64,000 nt of DNA, from assembly GCA_030390025.1 (NCBI GenBank), contig CM059433.1, positions 4,030,001 through 4,094,000 on the forward strand, written 5' to 3'. The number at the start of each line of letters is the position of its first letter. Positions within the stretch are counted from its first letter, which is position 1. Of the stretch, positions 1-12,210 are shown piece by piece. The position numbers and the translations under genes were made by a program. This stretch comes from Squalus acanthias (lineage: Eukaryota). Under the pieces are notes generated by a model. That model had not been told where the DNA came from. It made no database searches and saw nothing but the letters and a program-made list of their open reading frames with translations.

Positions 1-620
1 ATAGGAGCAGGAGCAGGCCATACGGCCCATTGAGCCTGCTCCGCCATTCAATAAGATCATGGCTGAACTTTTACATCAACTGCACAAGGGATATGGGGAT
101 AGGGTACACCTATCCCCATATCCCTTGATTCCCTTAGTAACCAAAAACTATCGACCTCAGATTTGAATATACTCATCGACTGAGCATCCACAGCCCTGTG
201 GGGTAGAGAATTCCAAAAATTCACAACCCTCTGTGTGAAGAAATTCCTCCTCATCTCAGCCCTAAATGGCCGACCCCTTATCCTGAGACTGTGCCCCCTA
301 GTTCTAGACACTCCAGCCAGGGGAAACAATCTCTCAGCATCTATCCTGTCAATCCCTCTAAAAAATTTACACGTTTCAATGAGATCACCTCTCATTCTTC
401 TAAACTCCAAAGAATATAGGCCCATTCTCTCCTCATAGGACAACCCTCTCATCCCAGGAATCAATCTAGTGAACCTTCGTTGCAACCCCTCCAAGGCAAG
501 TATATCCTTCCTCAGATAAGGAGACCAAGACTGTGCACAGTACTCCAGGTGTGGTCTCACCAAAGTCCTGTACAATTGTAGCAAGACTTCCTTACTCTTA
601 TACTCCAACCCCCTTGCAAT
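1..620 (-). mobile_element. CR1 (HER1-like) LINE 3' fragment
   Basis: ORF 57..608 has the CR1 RT C-terminus (LYRTLVRPHLEYCAQ..WSPY, RRMRGDLIE, RNFFTQRVVN); typical 3' UTR. Confidence 0.92.
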
Positions 621-717
621 AAAAAGAAATGATGTGGAGATGCCGGTGTTGGACTGGGGTGGACAAATGTGAGAAGTCGCACAACACCAGGTTATAGTCC
701 AACAGCTTTATTTGAAA

Positions 718-753
718 TCACAAGCTTTCGGAGCGCTGCTCCTTCATCAGGTC
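718..753 (-). ncRNA. Minimal hammerhead ribozyme (PLE family A)
   Basis: Reverse complement: ac-CTGATGA-a-GGAGC-agc-GCTCC-GAAA-gc-tt-gtga; stem I 5' strand is shortened. Confidence 0.72.
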
Positions 754-760
754 CTTCACT

Positions 761-797
761 TCACCTGACGAAGGAGCAGCGCTCCGAAAGCTTGTGA
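761..797 (+). ncRNA. Minimal hammerhead ribozyme (PLE family A)
   Basis: TCAC-CTGACGA-a-GGAGC-agc-GCTCC-GAAA-GC-TT-GTGA: stem I TCAC/GTGA, stem II, palindromic stem III. Confidence 0.82.
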
Positions 798-1545
798 TTT
801 CAAATAAAGCTGTTGGACTATAACCTGGTGTTGTGCGACTTCTCACAATAAAAAGAAAGACTTATTTTAGCGGAATCACAGTACACGTCAAAATGCTGGA
901 AAAAGTATCAAAAATTGCCTGGGAGCCATGTGCACAGACCCACCAAGAAATACATTTTGCACTGTCAGAGATTACTTCCTCCTTCTAAACTTTCTAAATC
1001 TATATTTCACTGTTTTTGTACTTTGTCCATTTTTCTCTCCATAATACCACTGATGGACTACTGGGTATAGTCGTAGCTTCACTTGTGTCAAATTCATGTC
1101 CCACTGCACTCCCATTGTAACCACCTTCTGTTATGTCACGTGTCAGGCCATTGGGTTTCAGTTTTCACGGAAAAGCAAACTGAATTGTGGAATGTAATTC
1201 CAAAGCACTAATAAAATCTTGGACTCCAATACAATAACAAGGAACTTAATTTATTCAGTCACCTTGAAGCACTGGCCTTTGTCACAGGCCTTTATATAGG
1301 GCGGTTTCTCAAGCTTTTTTCAGGGCTGTGTCAGCTTTTTTGAATTTGTACATCAGCTTTTCAGAGTTTTGCAGGTTGGCGTGTACGAGTAGATGAGTTC
1401 ACAACATTAGGGAGACTGGTTAGCTGTGACTCAACTGTTGACTCAAACGACTTTAAAGTTGGGTCAAAGCATTTTAAAGGTGTTGAAGGTAGAACATTCT
1501 GCCGGGACAATCTGTATAAAACGTCCACAAATTTCCAACACTTAC

Positions 1546-1620
1546 AGAATAAGGAAGGCGAACTAGATAAAAACAGGGCCTTCCGCCTTTTCTGCTTTGA
1601 AGCTTTAACTCTCTGCTTCT
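1546..1620 (-). CDS. Candidate 75-bp internal exon of an unidentified host gene
   Basis: Minus strand: tttttttgtttcattcaattctcAG acceptor and GTAAGT donor; two frames open (KQRVKASKQKRRKALFLSSSPSLF or RSRELKLQSRKGGRPCFYLVRLPYS); lies in non-repeat DNA. Confidence 0.4.
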
Positions 1621-2731
1621 CTGAGAATTGAATGAAACAAAAAAAAATGACTCTGTTGATAGAAAGAGCTGGAATCAGTTGTGGGATGTTTACACCCCAC
1701 AAACAGCAGGAACAGAATATAGATAACTGCTTTGTCATCATTTCCCCAAGCTTGGAAGGGGAGTACAGTACAAGCATTTTGTGAAATGTGCAAATACAGA
1801 AGGAATTCCCAGAGAAATTGTGCCGCAGATTTTAATATTTCATCTGTGAAAGCTGTTAATGCCTGAGTGCGTGTGAGTGGCTGAGCGTTGCTTCATTGGC
1901 TGAAACATACAGCAGGCGCAGAGGGTGGGGAGCGCCGAAACACGAAAACGTAGTATTACCACAATTTATCAGCACTGTCACAGATATCAGCGTCCATCCA
2001 ATCAGTACAAAGAATCTTAATCCATTTATGACAGTGCAGCTGACTAATTATTAGGTTCTGCCTCACTCCTTCTGCAAAGGCTCGACCACAATCTCAGCTA
2101 AAGCCACAAATGAGACTTGTATTTCACTACAAAGTGAAGGAGATATAAATGCTGCCATTGTGGTGTTAGCATTTACAGATTCCACATCTGAATAATTAAG
2201 ATAGAATAATGCAATACCATCACAACAAGGCTGCTGTGGTAATTTGAAAAGCATTAATTAAGATAGAATAATGCAATAGGCTGCTGTGGTAATTTGAAAA
2301 GCTTTGATTTCAAAACTATTATTTCCACATCTGCACTTTATAGAGAAATATGGGACTCATTTCTGATCAGTATTTGACAATAATGAAACCATTCTTCCAA
2401 CATAGAACCAATATTTTCGAGTGGTTCTGTAGTCAGCCATGAAATTGCTTGGGGCCGTAACCCTGGCAGTTATGCGGGGATTGCGCCGGCCCAGTGACCT
2501 CTGCCACTGATCACGTTGACGCATGCAAGGTCAGTTGGAGGTTATCCTGATTTCAGGAGTCCAGCAGGTGCACATACCACGAGGGGCACATTTTGTGCAC
2601 CTGTCTTCCCCTAAGGTGGCAAAAAATGGTGAACATTGGGCTGATTTCGCCACCCTGGGTGAAATTAGCCAACTGAACACTGGCCAAGGCTAGAAGCTGG
2701 AGCCATTCTGGCCTGCAAGGCTCAAACTATG

Positions 2732-3188
2732 GCTCGAAGAACAGCACCTCATCTTTCGATTAGGAACTTTACAGCCTTCTGGACTCAACATAGAGTTCAA
2801 CAATTTCAGACCATAACCTAATGCTTTTTCATTTTTTCTCTCTCTCTCTCTCACATGGCAGCTGTCGATCATTCTGCCATTTACACTTCATCTAGAGTCA
2901 TCTTTTGTTTCTTAACTTGTCCCATTACCATCTCCTTTTGCCCTCGCACCATCATCCCTTTTGTCTCTTAATCTCTCCTGCCTTCCATCCTATCACAGAC
3001 CTTCCCTTTTGTTCTTTCCTCCCCTCCCCCCCTTTCCCTGCCTCTGTACTTGCTTAAAAACCTGTTCCATCTCCAGCTTTTTACAGTTCTGACGAAGGGT
3101 CATCGACCTGAAACGTTAACTCTGTTTCTCTCTCTCCACAGATGCTGCCTGACCTGCTGAGTATTTCCAGTGTTTTCTGTTTTTATTT
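2732..3188 (+). mobile_element. PLE family B 3' fragment (GIY-YIG C-terminus + 3' UTR)
   Basis: Encodes LEEQHLIFRLGTLQPSGLNIEFNNF; 13-bp TSD GGCTCAAACTATG at 2719-2731 and 3189-3201. Confidence 0.85.
3085..3121 (+). ncRNA. Minimal hammerhead ribozyme (PLE family B)
   Basis: AGTT-CTGACGA-a-GGGTC-atc-GACCT-GAAA-CG-TT-AACT. Confidence 0.8.
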
Positions 3189-3589
3189 GGCTCAAACTAT
3201 GTTGTCTTGGGAGTGAACGTTTTGTTTTTAAACTGACCCCAATTAATAGGTTTTCATTATGGCTACAGAACATCCCTGTAGAGAGGAAACATTCCTTTAT
3301 CGGAGGGATTGAAGCATCTGTGTGAACAGTCCTCATTAAAATTTAGTCACTACTATATTTTGTTCAAAAAATGCATCGGTAAAAACAGGCCATTTTGAAA
3401 TAGCAGCATGAACAGTCATTGGTGCAAAAGAATATCTTTATCCCACTCGTGAAGAAAAGTTGCACAAGTCAGTGCTGAGATTTAAAGATAAATTGTGCAA
3501 AGATCAGGAGCAATAGTGAGGCCTTGCACACAGACAGTGCCAATCCACAGGTACTGGTTGAAGGACTTAGAATCAGTTTTCAGCCAATC

Positions 3590-3988
3590 AAAGAAATAAA
3601 GAAAGACTTGCAGTTATATAGTGGATGTCCAAAGTGCTTTATAGTGGAGTCACTGTTGTAATGTAGGAAACGCAGCAGCCAATTTGCGCACAGGAAGCTC
3701 CCACAAACAGCAGTGTGATCATGACCAGATAATCTGTTTTTGTTATGTTGATTGAGGGATAAATATTGGCCTCAGCACACCGGGGATAACTCCCTCTGCT
3801 CGTCTTCGAAATAGTGCCCATGGGATCTTTTATGTCCACCGGAGAGAGCAGACGGGGCCTCGGTTTAACGTCTCATCCAAAAGACGGCACCTCCGACAGT
3901 GCAGCACTCGCTCAGCACTGCACTGGAGTGTCAGCCTAGATTTATATGCTCAAGTCTCTGGAGTGGGACTTGAACCCACAACCATCTG
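3590..3988 (-). mobile_element. tRNA-derived DeuSINE-type (SacSINE1-like) SINE
   Basis: B box GGTTCAAGTCC on minus strand; body recurs at 44140, 49055 and 59972; (TTTC)n-like tail; family name from memory. Confidence 0.75.
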
Positions 3989-4431
3989 GAGGCCATTTAC
4001 CTCGTTCTGGCTTCCATCACTAACATGGGTGCCAGGTCCCGGGAGGCACAGCAAACCAGGCAAGTTAAAAATAATTTAAAACAATCTTTTTTTAAGGAAA
4101 AGAGTAGAGAGAAGGTCGATAGGACAGGGTATATTAGACTGATATAAAGTAGAAATAAAAATAGGAGAGAAACGAAAAGATGAGAGAAGAGGTAAAGGGA
4201 AGACAGGGTGAGCAGAAGTAAAGTAATTCTTTTATTTTTATTTTAAATTATATAATTGTGTATCCTAGTAATTTAAGTTAAATATTAAAATATAGAGCTA
4301 CTGTTGATGTCTGAGTAGCTTCATTACTGCAACACATTAAGGTTTACTTTAGCAGCGCAGTATGTGAGTTGGAACCTTTAAGACAAAGAATGGAGACTGG
4401 AAATCCCCAGAGCTCCCAGCACCTCACTTCA

Positions 4432-4890
4432 CCCCCCTGATTGCTCAGCAATATGATGTGGTAAGCAGCTGAGCCATGCGGAACAAGAAGGGCCCAAGTT
4501 CGATCCTCGGACTGTGTTAAATGAGCTGATCCAACCGGGGCAGCACGTAGGGGTGCCATAATTGGCCTCGGCAATTGGCCTGGATTCAAGACAGGAAAAA
4601 TCAGCCCGAGTTCCTACTTCTAATCGATATCCAGAGACACACACGAGGCTGTTGGCCGAAGATTGGATCAGACTGAACTGCGATGTCGCTGCGAACAACA
4701 GACTGTCAACAATCACCGTCGCACATGAGTAATTGCCATTCTGGCGAGGTATTGGAGGGTGACTGGCATCCACGGAACTGTTACCATAGCAAACGGTATA
4801 TAGGGCGATGGTCAGAAAATCATTCACAGTGTGTATCAAACCTCCAAGGGAGGCTCTCTGCTGGAAACACAAAGCTGGAAAGTTACCCCT
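4432..4890 (+). mobile_element. AmnSINE2-like ancient SINE
   Basis: B box GTTCGATCC followed by a body resembling the recalled AmnSINE2 consensus (gagctgatc..ccggggc..ataattggcctc..gaaaaatcagcc). Confidence 0.6.
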
Positions 4891-5689
4891 ATTAACTTTC
4901 GGGGGTGGGTGGAAAGGGAGAAAACTGGTGAGAAGTCAAACAGAATCGCTTTGCACTGAAGTGCTGGTGGCAGATTAGATTTAGTACAAGAAGCACAAAA
5001 ACATATCAACATACTGACAGTTTCATCAATGCCGAGCATAGTTAAAACTGAAGCGGATTGATAAATAATATTAAATGTACACATTTCCACAACGGGTATC
5101 AAGTACAGATTTAGACGGAGATTGAAAAGGACAATGGCGGACTTTACTGAAGTGGAAGGTTACACTCGCAGACAGTGCAAAAGAAAGGCTACCAAGTTTT
5201 GAATGGACACGTAACCGTTAGCAATTCACATCCTCACTCGAGTAATCATATTTAAACTTCACTTCAGGTAAAGGTACCACTTATGAATTTCATCAATATA
5301 GCCGTTAATAAATATGCCATTGAAAAGCTTCTTCAGCTGATGTATTAGCCATCTCTGTAAGTGCTTTTTATTAATTGTGCTGATGTAAGGGAACACTTTA
5401 CTAGTTTCCCAGTGTGGCCTAAACTGAGGGTTTCGCAATGTTTATGACTCACAACTCAAGCCATGTGATCAGACTGCACTGTAAGCAGAACTAAATGGAA
5501 GCAGCGTAAAAATGCAGCTCCTAGCAACAATTAAACGATGAGCTAATGCAATGTCTTAAGTTGCTGGGTTCATTTTTAATACCATCTGTATACTATATTT
5601 CATATAAAGACACTAATGGGATGGTCTTGTTGTTTTATATTAATTCTGAAGATTGCAGCAAAAAATGAGCTACTTTTGTGTTATATTAT

Positions 5690-6320
5690 TTTATTGCAAA
5701 GGGAATGGAGTATAAAAGTAGGGAAGTCTTGCTACAACTGTACAGGGCGTTGGTGAGACCACACCTGCAGTACTGTGTACAGTTTTGGTCTCCTTATTAT
5801 ATGCATTGGAGGCAGTTCAGAGAAGGTTCACGAGGTTGATTCCCGAGATGAAATGGTTGTCTTATGAGGAAAGGTTGTGCAGGTTGGGCCTATACTCATT
5901 GGAGTTTAGAAGAATAAGAGGTGATCTTATTGAAACATATAAGATTCTGAGGGGGCTCGACAGGGTAGATGCAGAGAGGATGTTTCCCCCTTGTGAGGGA
6001 ATCTAGAACTAGGGGGCACAGTTTCAGAATAAGGGGGCACCCTTTTAAATCGGAAATGAGGAGGAATTTCTTCTCTCAGAGGGTCGTGAATCTTTGGAAT
6101 TCTCTTCCCCAGAGAGCTGTGGAGGCTGGGTCATTGAATATATTTAAGGTGGAGATGGACAGATTTTTGAATGGTAAGGGAGTCAAGGGTTATAGGGAGC
6201 GGGCAGGGAAGTGGAGTTGAGGCCAAGATCAGATCAGTCATGATCTTATTGAATGGCGGAGCAGGCTCGAGGGACCAAATGATGTACTCCTGCTCCTACG
6301 TCTTATGTTCTTATGTTCTA
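5690..6320 (+). mobile_element. CR1 (HER1-like) LINE 3' fragment
   Basis: ORFs 5785..6006 and 5969..6220 with CR1 RT C-terminal motifs; (TTCTTATG)n tail. Confidence 0.92.
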
Positions 6321-6769
6321 TTATTAATATTCCTTTTATTTTAGGAGCGATGTGCCAGGTTAGTGCTCCGAGGCACTGCGTCACGAAGAGTGATAGGACT
6401 GGCCCATGATATCATAATCGCGACTATGTCATCAGCGTCAGGTAGCAAGTGAAGGCTGCGCACTTGCTCGTCTAACGAGTAACATCCACTAAGCTGCAAT
6501 GCACTACCCCACGCGCTCTTCCTCCTCCCTATATCCTCATTGCGTTGAAGTCAACTCATTGAACAGCCTTCTACTCCGAGCTTATTCCTCCCCACAGCCT
6601 CAAACTCTGGAATCCTTTATGTTCCTCGTCCTTTTCATCGTCTTCCAGTCCTCAGGCTTTTAAAATCCAAGCTTGATACCATCTAATTTACCTCATTCCT
6701 CTTTTACACATCTGAACCTTGGTGGCATCCTGCATTATGGGCTTCACCTTATTATACTACAAGTTGCCT

Positions 6770-7140
6770 TTATAGAGTGTCTTATTGCCTCTGAATGTCT
6801 CCAGGCATTTCGCACAATTAATTATTTTTGAAGGTAATCTCATGTCGGTAAAATACCACCAGGTAAGCTATTTTTTTTTGTGGTAATGGTGGAGGAAGGA
6901 ATTTATTCTGGAAACTAGGAGAACCTTCTGTTCTTCTTTAACTGGTGCCATGGGAGCCTTAACATTCACCCAAATCACCAGAAAAGGTATCTGGGAGCTT
7001 AGTTTGAAGGACAGCACCTCTAACAAGACAGCACTTCCTCGGTGCTACACTGGAATTTCAGTCTAGATTTTGGTCTCAAGCCCTGGGATATTACTCAAAC
7101 CAATAACTTTCTGACCCACAGATAAGTGTGCTACAACTAA
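6770..7140 (-). mobile_element. Degenerate DeuSINE-type SINE
   Basis: Diverged similarity to 3590-3988. Confidence 0.5.
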
Positions 7141-7249
7141 TCTAAGCTGGGGCATTTTGGTTTGTCGATATAAAAACAGACAGGTGAAACACATGCATCG
7201 TGGGTAGACTAGTATTTGAAACATGTTTGGGGTCTGCAGTGTTTATATG

Positions 7250-8612
7250 TAACCTGGCCATAGAATTACACAGAATATACAGCATAAAAACAGGCCATTC
7301 GCCCAACTGGGCTATGCTGGTGTTTAGACTCCACACGAGCCTCCTCCCACCATACTTCAGCATATCCTCTATTCCTTTCTCCCTCATGTGCCTTTCTAAC
7401 TTATCTGCTGTGGCTCAGTTGGTAGCACGCTTGCCTCTAAGTTTATGGGTTGTGGGTTCAAGTCTCACTCCAGGGAAACATGTGGGCTGATATTCCATCA
7501 CTGTTTGGTGGAGCAAATCGGTTGCCATATTTCCTACAGTGACTACACTTCAGAAGCATTTTGTTGGCTGTAAAGTGCTTTGGAACATTCTGAGGTGATA
7601 GATTCATAGGATAGCACAGCACAGAAGGAGGCCATTCGGCCCATCCAGTCTGCGCCGGCTCTTTCGAAGAGCAATCCAGTTAAGTCCCACTCCCCCGCTC
7701 TTTCCCCATATCCCTGCAAATTGTTCTCCTTCAAGTATTGATCCAATTCCATTTTGAGGGCTACTATTGAATCGGTATCCACCACCCTATCAGGCAGTGT
7801 ATTTCAAATCCTAACCACTCGCTGTGTAAAAAGGTTTTTCCTCGTGTCGCCTCTGGTTCTTTTGCCAATCACCTTAAATCTGTGCCCTCTCCTTATCGCC
7901 CCTTCAGCCATTGGAAACAGTTTATCATTATTTACTCTATCTAAACCTTTCATGATTTTAAACACCTCTATCAAATCTCCTTCTCTGCACTGAGAACAAC
8001 CCCAGCTTCTCCAGTCTATCCACGTAACTGTAATCCCTCATCCCTGAAAACAATCTAGTAAATCTCTTCTGTACCCTCTCCAAAGCCTGCACATCCTTCC
8101 TAAAGTGTGCTGCCCAGAATTGGACACAATACTCCAGTTGGGGCCAAACTACTGTTTGTTTTTAAATATAGGTTTAGCATAACTTCCTGACTTTTGTCTA
8201 TGCCTCTATTTATAAAGCCCAGGATCCCATGTGCTTTGTTAATCTGTCCTGCCACCTTCAACGATTTGTGCACAAAGGTTGTGAAAGGCACTATATAAAT
8301 GCAAGTCTTTTTTTCCCCTTAAATGCATCTATACTATTCGCCTCAACCACTCCCTGTGGTAGCGAGTTCCACATTCTCACCACTCTCTGGGTAAAGAAGT
8401 TTCTCCTGAATTCCCTATTGGATTTATTAGTGACTGTCTTATATTGATGACACCTTGTTTTGAACTTCCCACAAGTGGAAACATTTTCTCCACTTCTTCC
8501 CTATCAAACCCCTTAATAATTTTAGAGATCTCTATTAGGTCACCCCTCAGCCTTCTCTTTTCTATAGAAAAGAGACCCAGCCCCTTCAGCCTTTCCTGAT
8601 AGATATAACTTC
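7250..8612 (-). mobile_element. Cluster of nested CR1 fragments (7250-7400, 7600-8270, 8316-8612) with a SINE piece on the plus strand (7405-7600)
   Basis: CR1 motifs (KRRLRGDLIE, HGILGFINRGI); SINE head gctgtggctcagttggtagcac. Confidence 0.75.
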
Positions 8613-8624
8613 GCAATACTCCAA

Positions 8625-9321
8625 GGGGGAGAAATTCGTTACGCCCCTTTTGGGGGCGGTAACCGAATTCGCGCCAGTCATTTAGCACCCGGCGTGGGAG
8701 TACCGCCCCCAGCCGCTAAATTGGGCTTACCGCCCCGGCAAGGAAGCAGAACGCTATCTCGGGCACTCCACTTCCTCTCGGGGCGGTGCGTGCGGCGCAA
8801 AATGCGGTAGCGCCGGAACACTACGCTTTGCGTAGCGCTGACGCGTTTCAGCGCCCCTCCCCTTCCGTTAAAGGGGAGGGCCGCTGCGCACTCTGCAGGC
8901 CGTTTGATGGCCTCCACTAGCCCACCAGGGCGGTGTGGTGCCCTGGCTGCAGCCCGGCACCGAGACGCGGTGCCGGACGGCGCGATGGCGGCCACAGACC
9001 ACACCAAGGGCCGCCAAGAGGGGCCAACCTTGAGGTCGGCCAAAATTAAAAATGTCGGGTGCGGTGTGCGGCCCGGCTCGCAACCCTGACATCGCTGGCA
9101 GGTCACAGCCGAATTTCGGCCGCGGGATGCTAAGGGGTCGCGTCACTCGGCGATGACGTCATCGCCGGCGGGCAACGGCCCGGGGCGCTACCAGCGGGGT
9201 CGCGCCGCTATCGTCTAGCGCCTCAGTAGCGCCCCGCCGAATTTCTCGGCAGGCGCTATTAACACCTCTGGGCCAGGCAGGGATGCTAACGGCGGGCGCA
9301 AAGGAGGCGAATTTCGCCCCC
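8625..9321. mobile_element. GC-rich non-autonomous DNA transposon (probably Harbinger MITE)
   Basis: Terminal inverted repeats (TIRs) GGGGGAGAAATTCG / CGAATTTCGCCCCC; interior related to 26965-27715. Confidence 0.7.
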
Positions 9322-9323
9322 AA

Positions 9324-9560
9324 GTGTGGGGGGGTTAGGGTGGGGGGGTGTTGGGGGGGGTGGGTGGGGGGTGTGGGGGTGTGGGAGGTGTGGAGGGGGG
9401 GTGTGGTGGGCGGGGTGTGGTGGGGAGGCTGGGGGGGGTGTGGAGGGAGGGTGTGGGGGGGGGTGTGGAGGGGGTGTGTGGGGGGGGTGTGTGGGGGGCT
9501 GTGGTGGGGGTTTGTGGGGGGGGGGGGGGGTGGGTGGTGTGGTGGGGGGGTGGGGGGCAG
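9324..9560. repeat. G/T-rich low-complexity tract
   Basis: ~235 bp of G runs separated mostly by T. Confidence 0.9.
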
Positions 9561-10521
9561 GGCATGCACGGCCTGAGCTCTGCCCAGTTCTGTCCTAAAA
9601 TGTCAATCCGGGTCCATATTATGTCACAGGACCCTAATTTGTATTTTAATAGGGCTTACACCCCGATGCGCTCTGGGAACCCAGCACTCGGCCGCTTTGA
9701 AGATGGGGGGTAATCGGAGCACGAGCATTAATGGGCCGGTAAGCATTTTCAGGCAGTTACTCTCCCCACCCATTTACACCAGGCAGCCCAAGTTCAAATC
9801 CAACTCGGAGTTGAATACACAGCACGATTAGTAAGTTTGCATGCTATATCCATTTACTGTAAATATTTCACTGGCAATATAATTTATCTGAGTGTTACAC
9901 GCTATGTTATGGATATTTCACTTTGAGTGGGAACACACCACTTCAGCGAAAGAATGTTTCAGACAAGGCTTTGGCACATCCTTGAACTTTGCGTCCTGAA
10001 TAATTTCTGCTTGTCAAAATAACTTAAATCAAAATGCCATCTGCTTGCGTTAGCACACAGTCCTTTATCCCGGTATTCTTCTATGCAATCTGAGGAAAGC
10101 AACATTAAGAAGCGAAGAGCGTGAAAAGTTTATACCTTAAATATTGCACCAATGCCTCAGTCTTTTTATGTATACACCACATATATATATCTCAAGGTAG
10201 ATAAACATATAAATGTAAAGATAGATATAAATGCATGCCTGGTATTTGGACTAACTGGATAAATATATAAAGTAAAATATATATTATTTTGTAATAATTA
10301 TTCAGAACTGCAATTATATTATTAGCTTAATTCTGCTTCTCTGTGATTTAACAAACCTGTTTAAAGATCAGGTTAATAACCTGGCAGATAATTGTCACAA
10401 CCCTCCAGTGCTGCTGCTGCAGTGTTCCATGTGGGATCAGTGTTCTCTCCCTGCAGTTCGTCAAATGGTTCCGACCCTCAGCTGAGCCGTCTAGAAAGAA
10501 GAAGAAGGACTTGTATTTATA

Positions 10522-11657
10522 GCTTCTTCTTCTGAGGCAGTCCCTCGGAACCGAGGATGACTTGCTTCCACATTAAAAATGAGTTCTCAGGTGACTGATG
10601 AGTCCAATGCGGGACCTACAGTCTCTGTCACAGGTGGGGCAGATGGTGGTTGAAGGGGCGGGTGGGTGGGATGCTTGAGTTGACGTGCGCTCCTTGCGCT
10701 GCCTGCGCTTGGCTTCCGGTGAAGAGACTCAAGGTGATCGGCGCCTTCCTGGATGCTTCTCCTCCACTTTGTGCAGTCTTGGGCCAGGGATTCCCAGGTG
10801 TCGGTGGGGATGTTACACTTTTTCAAGGAGGCTTTGAGGGTGTCCTTGAAGCGTTTCCTCTGCCCACCCAGGGCTCTCTTGCCGTGCCGGAGCTCCGATT
10901 AGAGCGCTTGTTTTGGGAGTCTCGTATCGGGCATGCGGACAATGTGACCCGTCCATCGGAGCTGATCGAGCGTGGTCAGAGCTTCGATGCTGGAGATGTT
11001 GGCCTGAGCGAGAACACTGACATTGGTGCGCCTATCCTGCCAATGGATTTGCAGGATCTTGCAGAGGCAGCGTTGGTGGTACCTCTCCAGTGCTTTGAGG
11101 TGCCTGCTGTAAATGGTCCATGTCTCTGAGGCATACAGCAGGGCGGGTATCACTGCTGCTCTGTAGACCATGAGCTTAGTGCCGGGTTTGAGGTCCTGGT
11201 CTTCAAACATTCTCTTCCTCAGGCGACCGAAGGCTGCACTGGCACACTGAAGGCGGTGTTGGACTTCGTCATCAACGTCTGCCCTTGTTGACAGTAGGCT
11301 CCCGAGGTTTGGAAAGTGGTCCACGTTCTTGTCGTGGATTTTGATAATCGGGGGGAGCGGGGGGCAGTACTGTGTGGCGGGGGCAGGTTGGTAGAGGACC
11401 TTTGTCTTACGGATGTTTAGTGTAAGGCCTATGCTCTCGTACGCTTCGGTGAAGGTGTTGACGATGGTTTGGAGTTCGACCTCCGAGTGAGCGCAGACGC
11501 AAGCGTTGTCTGCATATTGTAATTCGACGACAGAGGATGGGATGACCTTGGATCTGGACTGGAGGCGACGGAGATCGAACAGTTTCCCATTTGTTCTGTA
11601 AATTAGCTCCACTCCAGCGGGGAGCTGACTGAGGGAGAGATGGAGCATTGCAGCAAT
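10522..11657 (-). mobile_element. RTE-clade LINE, 5'-truncated
   Basis: ORF 10899..11684 (YRTNGKLFDLRRL, ELQYADN, LLYASETW, QLRWTGHIVRM); (GAA)n tail; ~21-bp TSD gaagaaggacttg(t/c)atttata. Confidence 0.9.
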
Positions 11658-11855
11658 GAAGAAGGACTTGCATTTATATAGCACCTTTCACGACCACCAG
11701 ACGTCTCAAAGCGCTTCGCAGCCAATGAAGTACTTTTGAAGTGGAGTCACTGTTGTAATGTGGGAAACACAGCAAGCTCCCACAAACAGCAGTGTGATAA
11801 TGACCAGATAATCTGTTTTTTTGTCATGTTGGTTGAGGGATAAATATTGGCCAGG
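11658..11855 (-). mobile_element. DeuSINE-type SINE 3' portion
   Basis: Matches the 3' half of the 3590 and 49055 copies. Confidence 0.75.
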
Positions 11856-12210
11856 ATCTCGCATCTCGCATCTCGCCCTGTTAGTTAGATTCTATTCCTC
11901 ACCCTTCAGCTCGAATAACTTGACGCCGTGATCCTGCTGCAAGTGCGGGCTGATAACGGCACAGCGGGAGCAACGGGGCATCTGGGACCTCGGTGAACGA
12001 CGGGAGCAACAGCCTGTCTCCTTAACCCATGAGATTTAAGGATTGAGAAAGAAGCAGAGGAACGAGGGAAAAGGAAATCGGGTGAATTAGAGTCAATCCA
12101 AGTACAGAAAGAGAAATAAAGGGCGGGAAAGAAAGATTAGATTAAAAGAGAGAGAAAAAAGAGATAGAAAGGTAAAACAAGAAAAAAAATGTAGACATTT
12201 AAAATTTAAA

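Larger units (their letters stand above)
630..845 (-). mobile_element. Minimal hairpin PLE family A insertion (non-coding)
   Basis: Inverted arms ~670-752 and ~763-845 match the PLE 3' end at 34124-34251; 13-bp TSD CAATAAAAAGAAA at 617-629 and 846-858. Confidence 0.9.

Noticed and set aside
630..845. DNA-transposon MITE interpretation of the short palindromes
   Set aside because: Arms match PLE 3' UTRs, the tail is asymmetric and TSD length varies between copies
9159..9713. Pro/His-rich and Gly-rich ORFs
   Set aside because: Artefacts of the G/T low-complexity tract
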